From positions 1 through 45,137 of the forward strand of contig JBKPPP010000004.1 in the NCBI GenBank assembly GCA_046733615.1: a DNA stretch of 45,137 bases, in the 5' to 3' direction. Each line of letters begins with the position of its first letter. Position 1 is the first letter of the stretch. The notes under the pieces were generated by a model. The model saw nothing but the letters and a program-made list of their open reading frames with translations. It was not told the DNA's origin and searched no databases. The stretch comes from Acidobacteriota bacterium (GTDB lineage: Bacteria > Acidobacteriota > Blastocatellia > Pyrinomonadales > Pyrinomonadaceae). Position numbers and translations under genes: made by a program. Positions 9,372 to 18,809 of the stretch are shown in pieces.

Positions 9372-10307
9372 ATGAACCGTTTGACTCTCGCGGTGTTGGC
9401 GATGTTTGTCGTCATCCTGCTGGGTAGCGGGCTGGTGGCTTACATGTTGCGCGATCAGGCGCCCGCAGGTGCGACACCGGCGAGCTCGCCGGGAAACACG
9501 AGCACAGCGCAAACAACACCAACCGAGAACCGAACGCCGGCGGAGAACCAACCGCAGCGCGAGACACTTCCGCAGGAAGTCCCGCTGCTCGGACAATTAT
9601 TCGGACCAGACGTCTCAGGCCTTTCGCCATCAACTCTGTCGAGTTGGGAATCACTCTCCGCGCGGATCGCCCTACGCTTCTCGCTCGCCGCGTTTCTCGC
9701 CGCCATTTTGGCATTCCGACCGCGGCGCGGTCTGTCACTAACGCGCCGCAATCCTTACGTCGCGCAGACGCAGATCCTGATGGCCGTCGTCGCGGGCGCG
9801 ATGATGATGGTGGTCGGCGACAGCGCGGCCCGCGCTTTCGGCATCTTCGCCGCCGCTTCACTCGTTCGCTTTCGCACCAACATTCGCGACCCGAAGGAGA
9901 TCACGGTCCTGCTGGTCTGTCTCGGCGTCGGTCTCGCCGCCGGCGTCGGCCGCTGGGACATGGCCATCATCCTGACGTTATTCGTACTCCTCTCACTGGC
10001 AATCCTCGAATACTTCGAACAGTTTCAAGTCTTCCGCTCGATGGAGCTCTGCGTCCAAACGCGCGACGTGGATCGCACCAACGACGTGCTGAGAGGTCTC
10101 TTCGTGCGTCACGATTTCGATTACGAGCTGCGCGAACTCAACCGGCAGGATGCGGAAGAACCGCTCGGCAAGATCGTTTACCTCGTAAACATCGATCCCG
10201 TGACCAGCACGAGTAAACTCAGTGACGAAATACTGTCGCGCGATGCCGACAACGTTGACAGTGTCGAGTGGGATCAGAAGGAAAGCAAGACGTATATTTA
10301 CAAGTAG
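9372..10307 (+). CDS. DUF4956-like multi-pass membrane protein
   Basis: N-terminal TM helix, a Pro/Thr/Ala-rich linker, then several TM helices with SLVRFRTNIRDPKEITVLLVCLGVGLAAGVG (DUF4956-like core), followed by a soluble tail. Lies immediately downstream of ppk1. Confidence 0.55.
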   Translation: MNRLTLAVLAMFVVILLGSGLVAYMLRDQAPAGATPASSPGNTSTAQTTPTENRTPAENQPQRETLPQEVPLLGQLFGPDVSGLSPSTLSSWESLSARIALRFSLAAFLAAILAFRPRRGLSLTRRNPYVAQTQILMAVVAGAMMMVVGDSAARAFGIFAAASLVRFRTNIRDPKEITVLLVCLGVGLAAGVGRWDMAIILTLFVLLSLAILEYFEQFQVFRSMELCVQTRDVDRTNDVLRGLFVRHDFDYELRELNRQDAEEPLGKIVYLVNIDPVTSTSKLSDEILSRDADNVDSVEWDQKESKTYIYK

Positions 10308-10331
10308 CACCGAACAAGCGGGAGGACTGGA

Positions 10332-10976
10332 TTGAGCCGAACGATAGTAGTGGGAGACATTCACGGTTGTTACGACGAGCTGACGGAGCTGCTCGCGAAG
10401 GTCGGCTTCACGGCGGACGATCGGGTCGTCGCCGTCGGTGATCTGATAACGAAAGGTCCGAAGAACCGCGAAGTGCTCGATCTGTTCATGACTGACGCGC
10501 GTTTCCGCACGGTAATCGGGAATCACGACCTTGCGATTCGTCGCAAGTGGAACGGCGAGAAGCTGAAGTTGCGCACGGCGCAAAAAGTGACTCACAAAGA
10601 GTTGAAAGCAGAAAAAGAGAAGTACCTGCCGTTTCTGAATCGCCTGCCGTTCACCATCGATCTCGGGACGCACCTCGTCGTGCACGCGGGCCTGCGGCCG
10701 GACATCGAGCTTTACTCACAGACGACCGAAGACATGACGCTCATGCGCACGCTCGGCAAGGACCGTGAAAAACATGACGGCACGCCGTGGTACGAGGTCT
10801 ACGACGGCGACAAGATCGTTTTGTTCGGACACTGGCCCTCGCCCGACCCACGCCGCGGGAAAAAGGCCCTGGGTCTCGACACCGGCTGCGTTTACGGTTA
10901 CAAATTAACTGCTTACATTATCGAGACGGACGAGTTAGTCACCGTCCCGGCAAAGCGTGGCTACGATGAATCGTGA
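10332..10976 (+). CDS. Calcineurin-like metallophosphoesterase (ApaH/PrpE-type Ser/Thr phosphatase or diadenosine tetraphosphatase)
   Basis: TTG start. Motifs [27 protein letters not shown] and VVHAG...GH match PPP-family metallophosphoesterases. Confidence 0.8.
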   Translation: MSRTIVVGDIHGCYDELTELLAKVGFTADDRVVAVGDLITKGPKNREVLDLFMTDARFRTVIGNHDLAIRRKWNGEKLKLRTAQKVTHKELKAEKEKYLPFLNRLPFTIDLGTHLVVHAGLRPDIELYSQTTEDMTLMRTLGKDREKHDGTPWYEVYDGDKIVLFGHWPSPDPRRGKKALGLDTGCVYGYKLTAYIIETDELVTVPAKRGYDES

Positions 10977-11005
10977 CTGTGGGAGGTCAGGTTCGCACAC
11001 TGGAT

Positions 11006-12436
11006 ATGCCTTCGAACATGAATGAACAAGTGCTGGTGGTCGACGACGATCAGGCGATACGCTGGACGTTGCGCGAAGCGTTGCAGAGCTGGGGCCTTGG
11101 CGCGACTGAAGCAGGCTCCGTAGCCGAAGCGCTCAAGCTCTTCAATTCGGAGCTGCCCGCCGTCGTGCTGCTCGATATCGATCTTCCCGATGGTTCCGGC
11201 CTCGACGTGTTGCGCGAGATCAAGCGCGAGCATCCGGAAACGGTGGTCATCATGATCACCGGCAATGTTCAGATCGAGAGCACTATCTCTGCGCTGCGTG
11301 GCGGCGCCTACGATTTCATCGGTAAGCCGATCAACCTGGAAGAGCTGCGCATCACGATTCGCAACGCGGTCGAAGCGCGCCAGTTGCGCAAGGAAGTAGC
11401 GGAAGTAAGAAAAGAGCGAGCGCGCGAGTTCAACTTCCGGCAGATTATCGGCGAGTCGCCGGCGATGAAGAAGATGCTGGGCCTGGCCGCGAAGGTCGCG
11501 GAGAGTGAAGTCTCGTCAGTGTTGCTGCAAGGCGAGTCGGGAACCGGCAAAGATCTCGTTGCGAAGGCGATTCATTACGGATCGCAGCGCGCCGAGCGTC
11601 CGTTCGTGGCGATCAACTGCGCCGCGCTGCCCGCGACACTGATCGAGTCGGAACTGTTTGGTTACGAAAAGGGCGCGTTCACCGACGCGAAGGCGCGCAA
11701 GGAAGGACTTTTCGAACAGGCTGAAGGCGGCACCATCCTGCTCGACGAGATCGGCGAGCTCGAGTTGTCGCTTCAGGCAAAGCTCCTGCGCGTGCTCGAA
11801 GAAGGAGCGTTTCGCCGCGTTGGTGGTTTGAAAGACATTCCACTCGACGTGCGCGTGCTGGCCGCGTCAAATCGCGACCTGAAAACCGAAAGCGAGGCGG
11901 GACGCTTTCGACTCGATCTCTACTATCGACTCTCGATCATCCAGATCGACATTCCGCCGCTGCGCGAGCGAGGCGACGACGTGCTGCTGCTGTCGCAACA
12001 CTACATCGACACGATCGGCTCGCGTCTCAAGCGAAACAAGATCACCGGACTGTCGCGCGAAGCGACCGAGGTTTTTCGCAACTACCGCTGGCCCGGCAAC
12101 GTGCGCGAACTGCGCAACGTGATCGAGCGCGCTTTGATTCTCGAAGACGCCGATAAGATCACCACTGAATACCTGCCCGGCAGCCTGCTCGCGCCGGCTC
12201 GACTCGATGCTTCGTCTTTGCCCGTCACGGGCGACGGCGCGCCCCGTTTCTTGTTGCCGGAAGAGGGCATTTCGCTCGACGAAGCAGAGCTCTCGTTTGT
12301 CAGACAGGCAATCCAGCGCAGCGGCGGCAACCAAACACGGGCCGCCGAGCTGTTGGGCATTTCACGCGATCAGCTTCGCTACCGTCTGAAGAAACTCGAA
12401 GACGCACGAACGGCCGCCGTGACCGACGCGACGTAA
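11006..12436 (+). CDS. Sigma54-dependent response regulator (NtrC family: REC + AAA+ + Fis-type HTH)
   Basis: REC domain (VLVVDDD...[11 protein letters not shown]). Walker A GESGTGKD, sigma54-contact loop EKGAFTDA, Walker [10 protein letters not shown]-finger region. C-terminal [34 protein letters not shown]-like string at 10981-10986 (about 19 nt upstream of ATG 11006); the ORF is open from GTG 10973. Confidence 0.9.
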   Translation: MPSNMNEQVLVVDDDQAIRWTLREALQSWGLGATEAGSVAEALKLFNSELPAVVLLDIDLPDGSGLDVLREIKREHPETVVIMITGNVQIESTISALRGGAYDFIGKPINLEELRITIRNAVEARQLRKEVAEVRKERAREFNFRQIIGESPAMKKMLGLAAKVAESEVSSVLLQGESGTGKDLVAKAIHYGSQRAERPFVAINCAALPATLIESELFGYEKGAFTDAKARKEGLFEQAEGGTILLDEIGELELSLQAKLLRVLEEGAFRRVGGLKDIPLDVRVLAASNRDLKTESEAGRFRLDLYYRLSIIQIDIPPLRERGDDVLLLSQHYIDTIGSRLKRNKITGLSREATEVFRNYRWPGNVRELRNVIERALILEDADKITTEYLPGSLLAPARLDASSLPVTGDGAPRFLLPEEGISLDEAELSFVRQAIQRSGGNQTRAAELLGISRDQLRYRLKKLEDARTAAVTDAT

Positions 12437-12454
12437 CCCGCTTTCGAAACGCGC

Positions 12455-14386
12455 ATGACCACTGATCCGCAATCGCTCAATCCCCGGCTCAACACTGAAG
12501 CAGCGTTGCTGCGTTCGGAAAAAGAGCTGGCTGACATCAAGTTTGCGCTCGACGAGTCGGCCATCGTCGCGATTACCGATCAGCGCGGCATTATCAATTA
12601 CGCCAACGACAAGTTCTGCCAGATCTCGAAGTATTCCCGCGAGGAGCTGCTCGGTCAGGACCATCGCATCATCAATTCCGGTTACCATTCGAAAGAGTTC
12701 ATCAGAAATCTTTGGACGACGATAGCGAGCGGCCACGTTTGGCGCGGCGAGATCAAGAATCGCGCCAAGGACGGGAGTCACTACTGGGTCGACACGACCA
12801 TCGTTCCGTTTCTCAACGCGGAGGGAAAGCCTTACCAGTACGTCGCGATTCGCAGCGACATCACCGAGCGTAAACGCGCTGAAGAGCAGATTCGCGAACA
12901 GGCGGCACTGCTGGACCAGGCGCAGGATGCGATCCTGGTTCGCGACCTCGACCAGAACATTCTCTTCTGGAACAAGGGAGCCGAGCAGATGTATGGCTGG
13001 ACCGCCGAAGAGGTCATCGGCAAGAAGGTTCAGGATGTGCTCTTCAAAGAACGTTCGAGCCAGTTTGAAGCTGCTCGCAGCGCGATCGTCGAACAAGGAG
13101 AGTGGAAGGGTGAAATTCGCCAGACGCGTCGCGACGGCGCGCAGATCATTGTCGAGAGCCGTTGGACTCTCGTGCGCGACGAGCAGGGAAGTCCGAGATC
13201 GATTCTCGTTATCAACACCGACATCACCGAGAAGAAGCGGATGGAATCGCAGTTTCTGCGCGCGCAGAGAATGGAGTCCATCGGCACGCTTGCGGGCGGC
13301 ATCGCTCACGATCTCAATAACGTGCTTTCGCCGATCCTGATGGCCATCGACATGCTGCAACTGCGAACGACCGACGCGAGCAGCAAGAAATGGCTCGACG
13401 TGCTGCGCACGAACGCGGAGCGTGGCGGCAACATGGTGCGGCAAGTGCTTTCGTTTGCGCGCGGCGTCGAAGGCGAACGCGTTGCTTTGCAACCGAAGCA
13501 TTTGATTAAAGAGATCGTCAAGATCCTGCGCGAAACATTTCCGAAGTCCGTCGTGATCAGCTTTCACGTGCCTGACGACCTCTGGATCATCTCGGCGGAT
13601 GCGACGCAGATGCACCAGGTGCTGATGAATCTCTGCGTAAACGCGAGAGACGCGATGCCTGAAGGCGGCTCGATCTCGATCCGGGCGGAAAATATTTTTG
13701 TAGATGAAAACTACGCCCGCATGCACATCGAAGCGAAGGCCGGCCGCTTCGTTGTAATTCAGGTCTCGGACACGGGACCGGGAATGGCGCCCGAGATTCA
13801 AAGCCGCATCTTTGAACCGTTCTTCACCACGAAAGAGATGACGAAGGGAACCGGTCTCGGTCTCTCGACGGCGTTGACGATCGTCAAGAGTCACGGCGGA
13901 TTCATCAACGTCTATAGCGAGCTGCACAAAGGGAGTAGCTTCGCGCTCTATCTTCCGGCGCTCGACGCGCCGGGCGCTGCTGATGTCGCGGCATTGCAAA
14001 CGGATCTGCCGGTCGGCAACGGCGAGTTGATCCTAGTCGTCGACGACGAAGACTCGATTCGCGAAATCACTCGCAGCACGCTCGAGACGTTTGGCTATCG
14101 CGTGTTGACTGCCAGCGACGGCACGGAAGCATTGGCGGTGTATGCCGACAAGAAGAACGAGATCGCCGTTGTGTTGACGGACATGGTCATGCCGTTCATG
14201 GACGGTCCGGCCACGATTCGTGCGCTGCAAAGAATGAATCCCCGGGTGCGAATCATCGCGGCCAGCGGGTTGGGCACCGGACAGCATGCCGGCGAAGGCG
14301 CGTTGGAAGGCGTCGCCGTGTTTCTCACTAAACCCTACACCGCGGAGAAGTTGCTGAGAACCCTCGCGCAGGTTCTTCACGGCTGA
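12455..14386 (+). CDS. Hybrid sensor histidine kinase (PAS-PAS-HisKA-HATPase-REC)
   Basis: Two PAS/PAC units (...HRIINSGYH...YVAIRSDITERKRAEE; ...ILVINTDITEKKRME). H-box GGIAHDLNNVL, N/G boxes (NLCVNARDAM, DTGPGM, GTGLGL). C-terminal receiver LVVDDEDSI...VLTDMVMPFMDG. Confidence 0.9.
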   Translation: MTTDPQSLNPRLNTEAALLRSEKELADIKFALDESAIVAITDQRGIINYANDKFCQISKYSREELLGQDHRIINSGYHSKEFIRNLWTTIASGHVWRGEIKNRAKDGSHYWVDTTIVPFLNAEGKPYQYVAIRSDITERKRAEEQIREQAALLDQAQDAILVRDLDQNILFWNKGAEQMYGWTAEEVIGKKVQDVLFKERSSQFEAARSAIVEQGEWKGEIRQTRRDGAQIIVESRWTLVRDEQGSPRSILVINTDITEKKRMESQFLRAQRMESIGTLAGGIAHDLNNVLSPILMAIDMLQLRTTDASSKKWLDVLRTNAERGGNMVRQVLSFARGVEGERVALQPKHLIKEIVKILRETFPKSVVISFHVPDDLWIISADATQMHQVLMNLCVNARDAMPEGGSISIRAENIFVDENYARMHIEAKAGRFVVIQVSDTGPGMAPEIQSRIFEPFFTTKEMTKGTGLGLSTALTIVKSHGGFINVYSELHKGSSFALYLPALDAPGAADVAALQTDLPVGNGELILVVDDEDSIREITRSTLETFGYRVLTASDGTEALAVYADKKNEIAVVLTDMVMPFMDGPATIRALQRMNPRVRIIAASGLGTGQHAGEGALEGVAVFLTKPYTAEKLLRTLAQVLHG

Positions 14387-14391
14387 CCGCC

Positions 14392-14429
14392 CTGCGGGAA
14401 ATTCCTACCAGGCTGCGAAATACCTCGCA
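14392..14429. promoter_or_regulatory. Candidate enhancer (UAS): CTGCGGGAAATTCC plus inverted repeat TGCGA-N6-TCGCA
   Basis: GGAA-A-TTCC palindrome at 14392-14405 and a perfect TGCGA/TCGCA inverted repeat at 14414-14429. Both lie about 55-90 bp upstream of the -24 element at 14481. A related arrangement occurs at 28437-28475. Confidence 0.35.
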
Positions 14430-14480
14430 ATCGCGGCGGTTCACCCCCGAAAAATTCCCGTAACCAGCAGATACAGAAGG

Positions 14481-14496
14481 TGGTACGGCTCGTGCA
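14481..14496 (+). promoter_or_regulatory. Candidate sigma54 (-24/-12) promoter
   Basis: TGGTACGGCTCGTGCA versus consensus TGGCACG-N4-TTGCW. The GG and GC dinucleotides have correct spacing. Lies 62 nt upstream of ATG 14558 and directly downstream of the EBP/kinase pair. Confidence 0.55.
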
Positions 14497-14557
14497 CTCG
14501 CGCTGGCAGTTGCGAAGACGTGTGAAGGGCAACGTCGAAGGCGAAGGAACGATAAGA

Positions 14558-15709
14558 ATGGCGAAAGTCTTGATCCTGGGTGGTGGGTTTGCCGGCGTTG
14601 TTGTTGCGGAACGCCTCGCTGAGCAGTTGGGCGGCGAACACCAGATCACGCTCGTCTCGCGGAGCCGGCAGTTCATTTTTTATCCGGCGCTGGTGCGACT
14701 CGCGTTCGGCAAAAACCAGCCGGAAGATGTTTCGTTCGATCTCCGACACACGCTATTGAGCCGGCGCGTTAACTTCGTCGAAGCGGAAGTTGCCCATATC
14801 GATCACGTTGAAAGACGAGTGACGATCGCTTACGGCGAAGTCGAAGGAAAACTCTCGTACGACTATCTCGTGTTTGCACTCGGCCGCCGGCTCGCGACCG
14901 AGCACATTCTCGGATTCTACGAGCACGCGCATCATCTGCTGAACGTCGACAAAGCGATCAAATTTCACAGGGCCATGGGCGAGCTTCACAAAGGACGGGC
15001 TGTCTTTGGTCAATGCGAGGGCGCTCGCCTGCCGGTTCCCGTTTACGAAAGTGCTTTTGCGCTGGCGCGCCGTCTTGAAGACAGCGGCGAACGTGACAGC
15101 GTGAACATAACAGTCGTGAGCCCGAGCACGCTCGAGGCGGAGCTCGGAGACTCGCGCGCGGCCGGCGCGATCGAGAACGCGCTGACGACCCAGCAGATCG
15201 AGTTCGTGCCTGACTTCAATATCACTTCAGTGACGGAAAACTCGGCGTTGACGGACAGCGGAGAAGCGCTCGAGTTCAACCTCCTAATGCTCGTGCCGCC
15301 GTTTCGCGGGCCTTCAGCCGCTTCATTCATGGGAGCGACCAATGAGGAAGGTTACCTCAGTGTCGAACTGACGATGCGCGTGCTGGGTCTGGATCGAATC
15401 TACGCCGTCGGCGATTGCGTGAACTTCGAAGGCCCTAAGATGGGCCACATGGCCGTGCGCCAGGGCGAAGTCGCGGCGGCGAATCTCGCGTCGGAACTTG
15501 CCGGACACGAACCCGCAGTGCGCTACCAGCATGAGATGAGATTCGTGATCGACGCCGCCGGAGACGACGCCGTCTATCTACACAAAGACATGGATGCCGA
15601 TGAAGCGTCCACAGTCAGACAAGGCCGCTTTTGGAGTTGGGCCAAACGCGCCCAACAACAGTATTGGGAATTCGGAGCAAGGAGGGGCGCCTCGCCCAAA
15701 ACTTTATGA
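14558..15709 (+). CDS. FAD-dependent pyridine nucleotide-disulfide oxidoreductase (sulfide:quinone oxidoreductase / NDH-2-like)
   Basis: The internal ATG at 14558 gives MAKVLILGGGFAGVVVA (Rossmann GxGxxG) with GAAGGA upstream. AVGDC...GPKMGHMAVRQG is typical of the SQR/NDH-2 C-terminal FAD region. The upstream extension from 14480 is basic and non-protein-like. Confidence 0.7.
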   Translation: MAKVLILGGGFAGVVVAERLAEQLGGEHQITLVSRSRQFIFYPALVRLAFGKNQPEDVSFDLRHTLLSRRVNFVEAEVAHIDHVERRVTIAYGEVEGKLSYDYLVFALGRRLATEHILGFYEHAHHLLNVDKAIKFHRAMGELHKGRAVFGQCEGARLPVPVYESAFALARRLEDSGERDSVNITVVSPSTLEAELGDSRAAGAIENALTTQQIEFVPDFNITSVTENSALTDSGEALEFNLLMLVPPFRGPSAASFMGATNEEGYLSVELTMRVLGLDRIYAVGDCVNFEGPKMGHMAVRQGEVAAANLASELAGHEPAVRYQHEMRFVIDAAGDDAVYLHKDMDADEASTVRQGRFWSWAKRAQQQYWEFGARRGASPKTL

Positions 15710-16659
15710 TGACTATCAAACGCATTGTTTGTCCCACTGACTTGTCCGCATACTCAGTCGGCGCGGTGCGTTACGCGCTGGCGCTGTCGCGCGTCCACGA
15801 TGCCGAGTTGATCCTTTTGCACTGCGAACCGCCTTCGGATCGTCTCGACAACGACGAAGAGCTCGGCATTCTGGAGTCGTCGGCGTTGGCTGAGATCAAC
15901 CCGCAGGAGCTCGTTGGCGCGCGCTGGCGGGCGATTGTCGCGACCGCGGAGGACGTGGGCGAGGAGATCATGAACCAGGCACAGTCGCAACACGCCGACT
16001 TGATCGTGATGAGATCGCGACGCCGGCCGCATCGCGCGGCCCTGCTCGGCTCGACGGCCGAAGCGGTGTGTCGCCGCGCGCCGTGCCCGGTGCTGGTGAT
16101 GCACGGCGACGAGCGCGAGTGGGTTGACGACGAGCTCCGCATCGATCTGCGCCGCGTGCTGGTTGCTTACGACTTCTCTGATTACTCCGAGCTGGCGCTC
16201 AACTACGCACTGTCAGTCGCGCAGGAGCATCAGGCAGAGCTCCATCTGCTGCACGTGTTGCCGCCGCGTTCGATAAACGATCCGGAGATTGCGTGGTATC
16301 CGAGCAAAGGCGAGTCGGCTTATCACACGGCTGCGCGCCGTTTGCAGCGAGCCGTGCCGGCTGAGGTCCATCTCTGGTGCACCGTCAAAACGGCCGTCAG
16401 CGAAGGACATCCTTATCGCGAGATTCTCAACTACGCCGAGAAGAACGACATCGACTTGATCAGCGTTGGCGCGCACGGCGCGGGGTTCGGCATGCGGGCT
16501 TTGTTTGGCTCGAACGTCGATCGCGTGTTGCGGCAGTCGCCTTGTCCGGTGCTGGTGGCACGCCCGTTGAAACCGGGAGTGATGCGGGCCAGAGAGGAAG
16601 CAAGCGTTTCGCTCACTTACGAAGGCGAGGGCGAGCGTGAGTTCGAACTGAGCTACTAA
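15706..16659 (+). CDS. Tandem universal stress protein (two UspA domains)
   Basis: ATG 15706 overlaps the upstream stop (ATGA). Two repeats each have ...LLHC/LLHV... and GS(T/N)...V(C/L)R...CPVLV motifs (GSTAEAVCRRAPCPVLVM; GSNVDRVLRQSPCPVLVA). Confidence 0.85.
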   Translation: MMTIKRIVCPTDLSAYSVGAVRYALALSRVHDAELILLHCEPPSDRLDNDEELGILESSALAEINPQELVGARWRAIVATAEDVGEEIMNQAQSQHADLIVMRSRRRPHRAALLGSTAEAVCRRAPCPVLVMHGDEREWVDDELRIDLRRVLVAYDFSDYSELALNYALSVAQEHQAELHLLHVLPPRSINDPEIAWYPSKGESAYHTAARRLQRAVPAEVHLWCTVKTAVSEGHPYREILNYAEKNDIDLISVGAHGAGFGMRALFGSNVDRVLRQSPCPVLVARPLKPGVMRAREEASVSLTYEGEGEREFELSY

Positions 16660-16677
16660 TCTCGCCCGGGAGTCGAT

Positions 16678-18621
16678 ATGGGAGAGCACAACGTCGAACA
16701 AGACTTTCAAGAGACGGACGCGCGGATCTTTATGAAGGCGCTGCTGGAAGATCTGCGGGCGCTGTCGTTCATGCTCGAAAACGGACGCGTTGAGAGCGGC
16801 ATCCGGCGCATCGGAGCGGAGCAGGAGATGTTTCTGATCGACAGCTACCTGCGACCCGCTCCGGTGTCGTTGGAAGTGCTGAGCCAGATTGACGACCCGC
16901 GGCTCACGACTGAGATCGCGCGTTTCAATCTGGAAGCGAACCTCACGCCGCTGCGTTTGACCGGCGCCTGTTTCAGCGAGATGCAGCAGGAGCTCGAGAA
17001 ACTGATCGCGCTGGCGCGGCGCAGTGCGGTCAGCCAGGGCGCAGACATCCTCCTCTCAGGCATTCTGCCGACGCTGCAAAAGTCAGACTTGACGCTCGAT
17101 AACCTCACGCCGGTCGCACGCTATCACGAGTTGAATCGCGGTGTTATTCGTCTGCGCGGCGGCCCGCTTTCGATTCACATCAAAGGGCTCGACGAGCTGC
17201 AGGCCACCCACGACAACATCATGATGGAGTCGTGCAACACCAGCTTCCAGGTCCACTTTCAAAGCACTGCCGGCGAGTTTGTGAATCACTACAACGTGGC
17301 GCAGGCGATCACGGCGCCGGTGCTCGCAGTCGCGGTTAACTCGCCGTTGCTGTTCGGCCGGCGCTTGTGGCAGGAGACGCGCGTCGCGCTGTTCCAGCAT
17401 TCGACTGATGAGCGTTCGTCGTCACAGCTCGCGCGCAGCCAGCCGACACGCGTGAGTTTTGGCGACGAGTGGTTGCGCAACTCGATCGTGGAGCTTTACC
17501 ACGAGCAGATTCTGCGTTTTCGTCCGATCATGATCAGCCGGGCGGACGAGAATCCTTTTGCCGTGCTCGCCCGCGGCGAGACGCCTTCGCTCTCGGCGCT
17601 GCGAATGCACAACGGAACCGTTTGGCGCTGGAATCGCGCCTGCTACGGCGTGACTGACGGCGTGCCGCACCTGCGCATCGAGAACCGCGCGTTGCCGTCC
17701 GGCCCAACGATTACAGACGAGATAGCTAACGCAGCTTTCTTCAGCGGCCTGATGCTGGCGCTCCCTGAAGAGTACGGCGAGATCGCGACGCAGATGGAGT
17801 TTGAAGAGGCGAAGTTGAACTTCTTCCGCGCGGCGCGACACGGCCTCGACGCTCAGTTCCGCTGGATAGGTGGGCAGAGTCTCAGCGCGTCGAAGCTGAT
17901 TTTGAACCACCTCCTGCCGCTCGCGAAACAGGGATTGAGCAGTGCGGAAGTGGCGAGTGAAGACATCGATCGTTACCTCGGCATTATCGAGGAGCGCGCG
18001 CGTTGCGGGCAGACAGGCGCGCGCTGGATCACGAAGTCCTGGGCGGCGATGGGAAACTCGACGTCGAGAGAAACGCGCCGCATGGCACTGACGTCCGCGA
18101 TGTTGAGCAATCAGAAGCAGAATCAACCGGGACACTGTTGGCCCGTGGTTGAAGTCGCCGAGACTGAGCAATGGGAACAGCACTACCAGGTCGTCAGCCA
18201 GTTTATGTCGACCGACTTGTTTACGGTCCATCCGGGCGACTTGATCGATCTCGCGGCAAGCGCGATGAATTGGCGGCACATCCGGCATGTGCCGGTGGAG
18301 GATGAGGATGGACGGCTGGTAGGTTTAGTGACTCATCGCGGTCTGTTGCGAATGATGAGTGGTGGAAGGAGCGAAGCGCTCACCGTGCGGGAGATCATGA
18401 TCGAGAATCCGGTCACCGTTTCGCCGTCGACGACGTCGTTGGAGGCGATGGATCTCATGCGCGGCAATCGCATCGGCTGTTTGCCGGTGGTGGAAGACAA
18501 TCGCCTCGTCGGGATCGTCACGTCGTACGACTTTCTCGAAGCGACGGCAGCACTTTTCAGGCAGCATCTTTCAGCGAAGACGGAAGCGCCCAAGTTTCTG
18601 GCGCAGGCAAACAATGGGTGA
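16678..18621 (+). CDS. Glutamate-cysteine ligase family 2 (carboxylate-amine ligase)-like domain fused to a C-terminal CBS pair
   Basis: N-terminal [12 protein letters not shown] and later GCS2-like blocks. The last ~130 aa form two CBS motifs ([16 protein letters not shown]...[16 protein letters not shown]; [16 protein letters not shown]...[20 protein letters not shown]). Confidence 0.65.
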   Translation: MGEHNVEQDFQETDARIFMKALLEDLRALSFMLENGRVESGIRRIGAEQEMFLIDSYLRPAPVSLEVLSQIDDPRLTTEIARFNLEANLTPLRLTGACFSEMQQELEKLIALARRSAVSQGADILLSGILPTLQKSDLTLDNLTPVARYHELNRGVIRLRGGPLSIHIKGLDELQATHDNIMMESCNTSFQVHFQSTAGEFVNHYNVAQAITAPVLAVAVNSPLLFGRRLWQETRVALFQHSTDERSSSQLARSQPTRVSFGDEWLRNSIVELYHEQILRFRPIMISRADENPFAVLARGETPSLSALRMHNGTVWRWNRACYGVTDGVPHLRIENRALPSGPTITDEIANAAFFSGLMLALPEEYGEIATQMEFEEAKLNFFRAARHGLDAQFRWIGGQSLSASKLILNHLLPLAKQGLSSAEVASEDIDRYLGIIEERARCGQTGARWITKSWAAMGNSTSRETRRMALTSAMLSNQKQNQPGHCWPVVEVAETEQWEQHYQVVSQFMSTDLFTVHPGDLIDLAASAMNWRHIRHVPVEDEDGRLVGLVTHRGLLRMMSGGRSEALTVREIMIENPVTVSPSTTSLEAMDLMRGNRIGCLPVVEDNRLVGIVTSYDFLEATAALFRQHLSAKTEAPKFLAQANNG

Positions 18622-18809
18622 GCGGTACATGTGGAAAATATCCCAAGCAGCGCGGTTTTCTTTGCGACAATATCTCAGTAGTGGGTCATGGCATGAGTAA
18701 AACGCCAGCAAATTTACTAGTTGATTCCTTTGTGCTCTTTGGTACACTCATTGCCAATGACCCTCTGGAGGGCGAGCCAGGGCTCGGTACAGGCGCTCGC
18801 AGTAAGCAC

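Noticed and set aside
12362-13999. 545-aa ORF antisense to the hybrid histidine kinase
   Set aside because: It lies entirely within a gene that has clear PAS/HisKA/HATPase motifs on the + strand. Its product is Arg/Asp/Leu-rich with no motif, a typical high-GC shadow ORF.
18731-18746. TGTGC-N6-GTACA as an autoregulatory CRP-type site upstream of the Crp/Fnr gene
   Set aside because: Only about 7 of 10 half-site positions match, and it would lie inside the coding region if the gene starts at 18693 or 18618.
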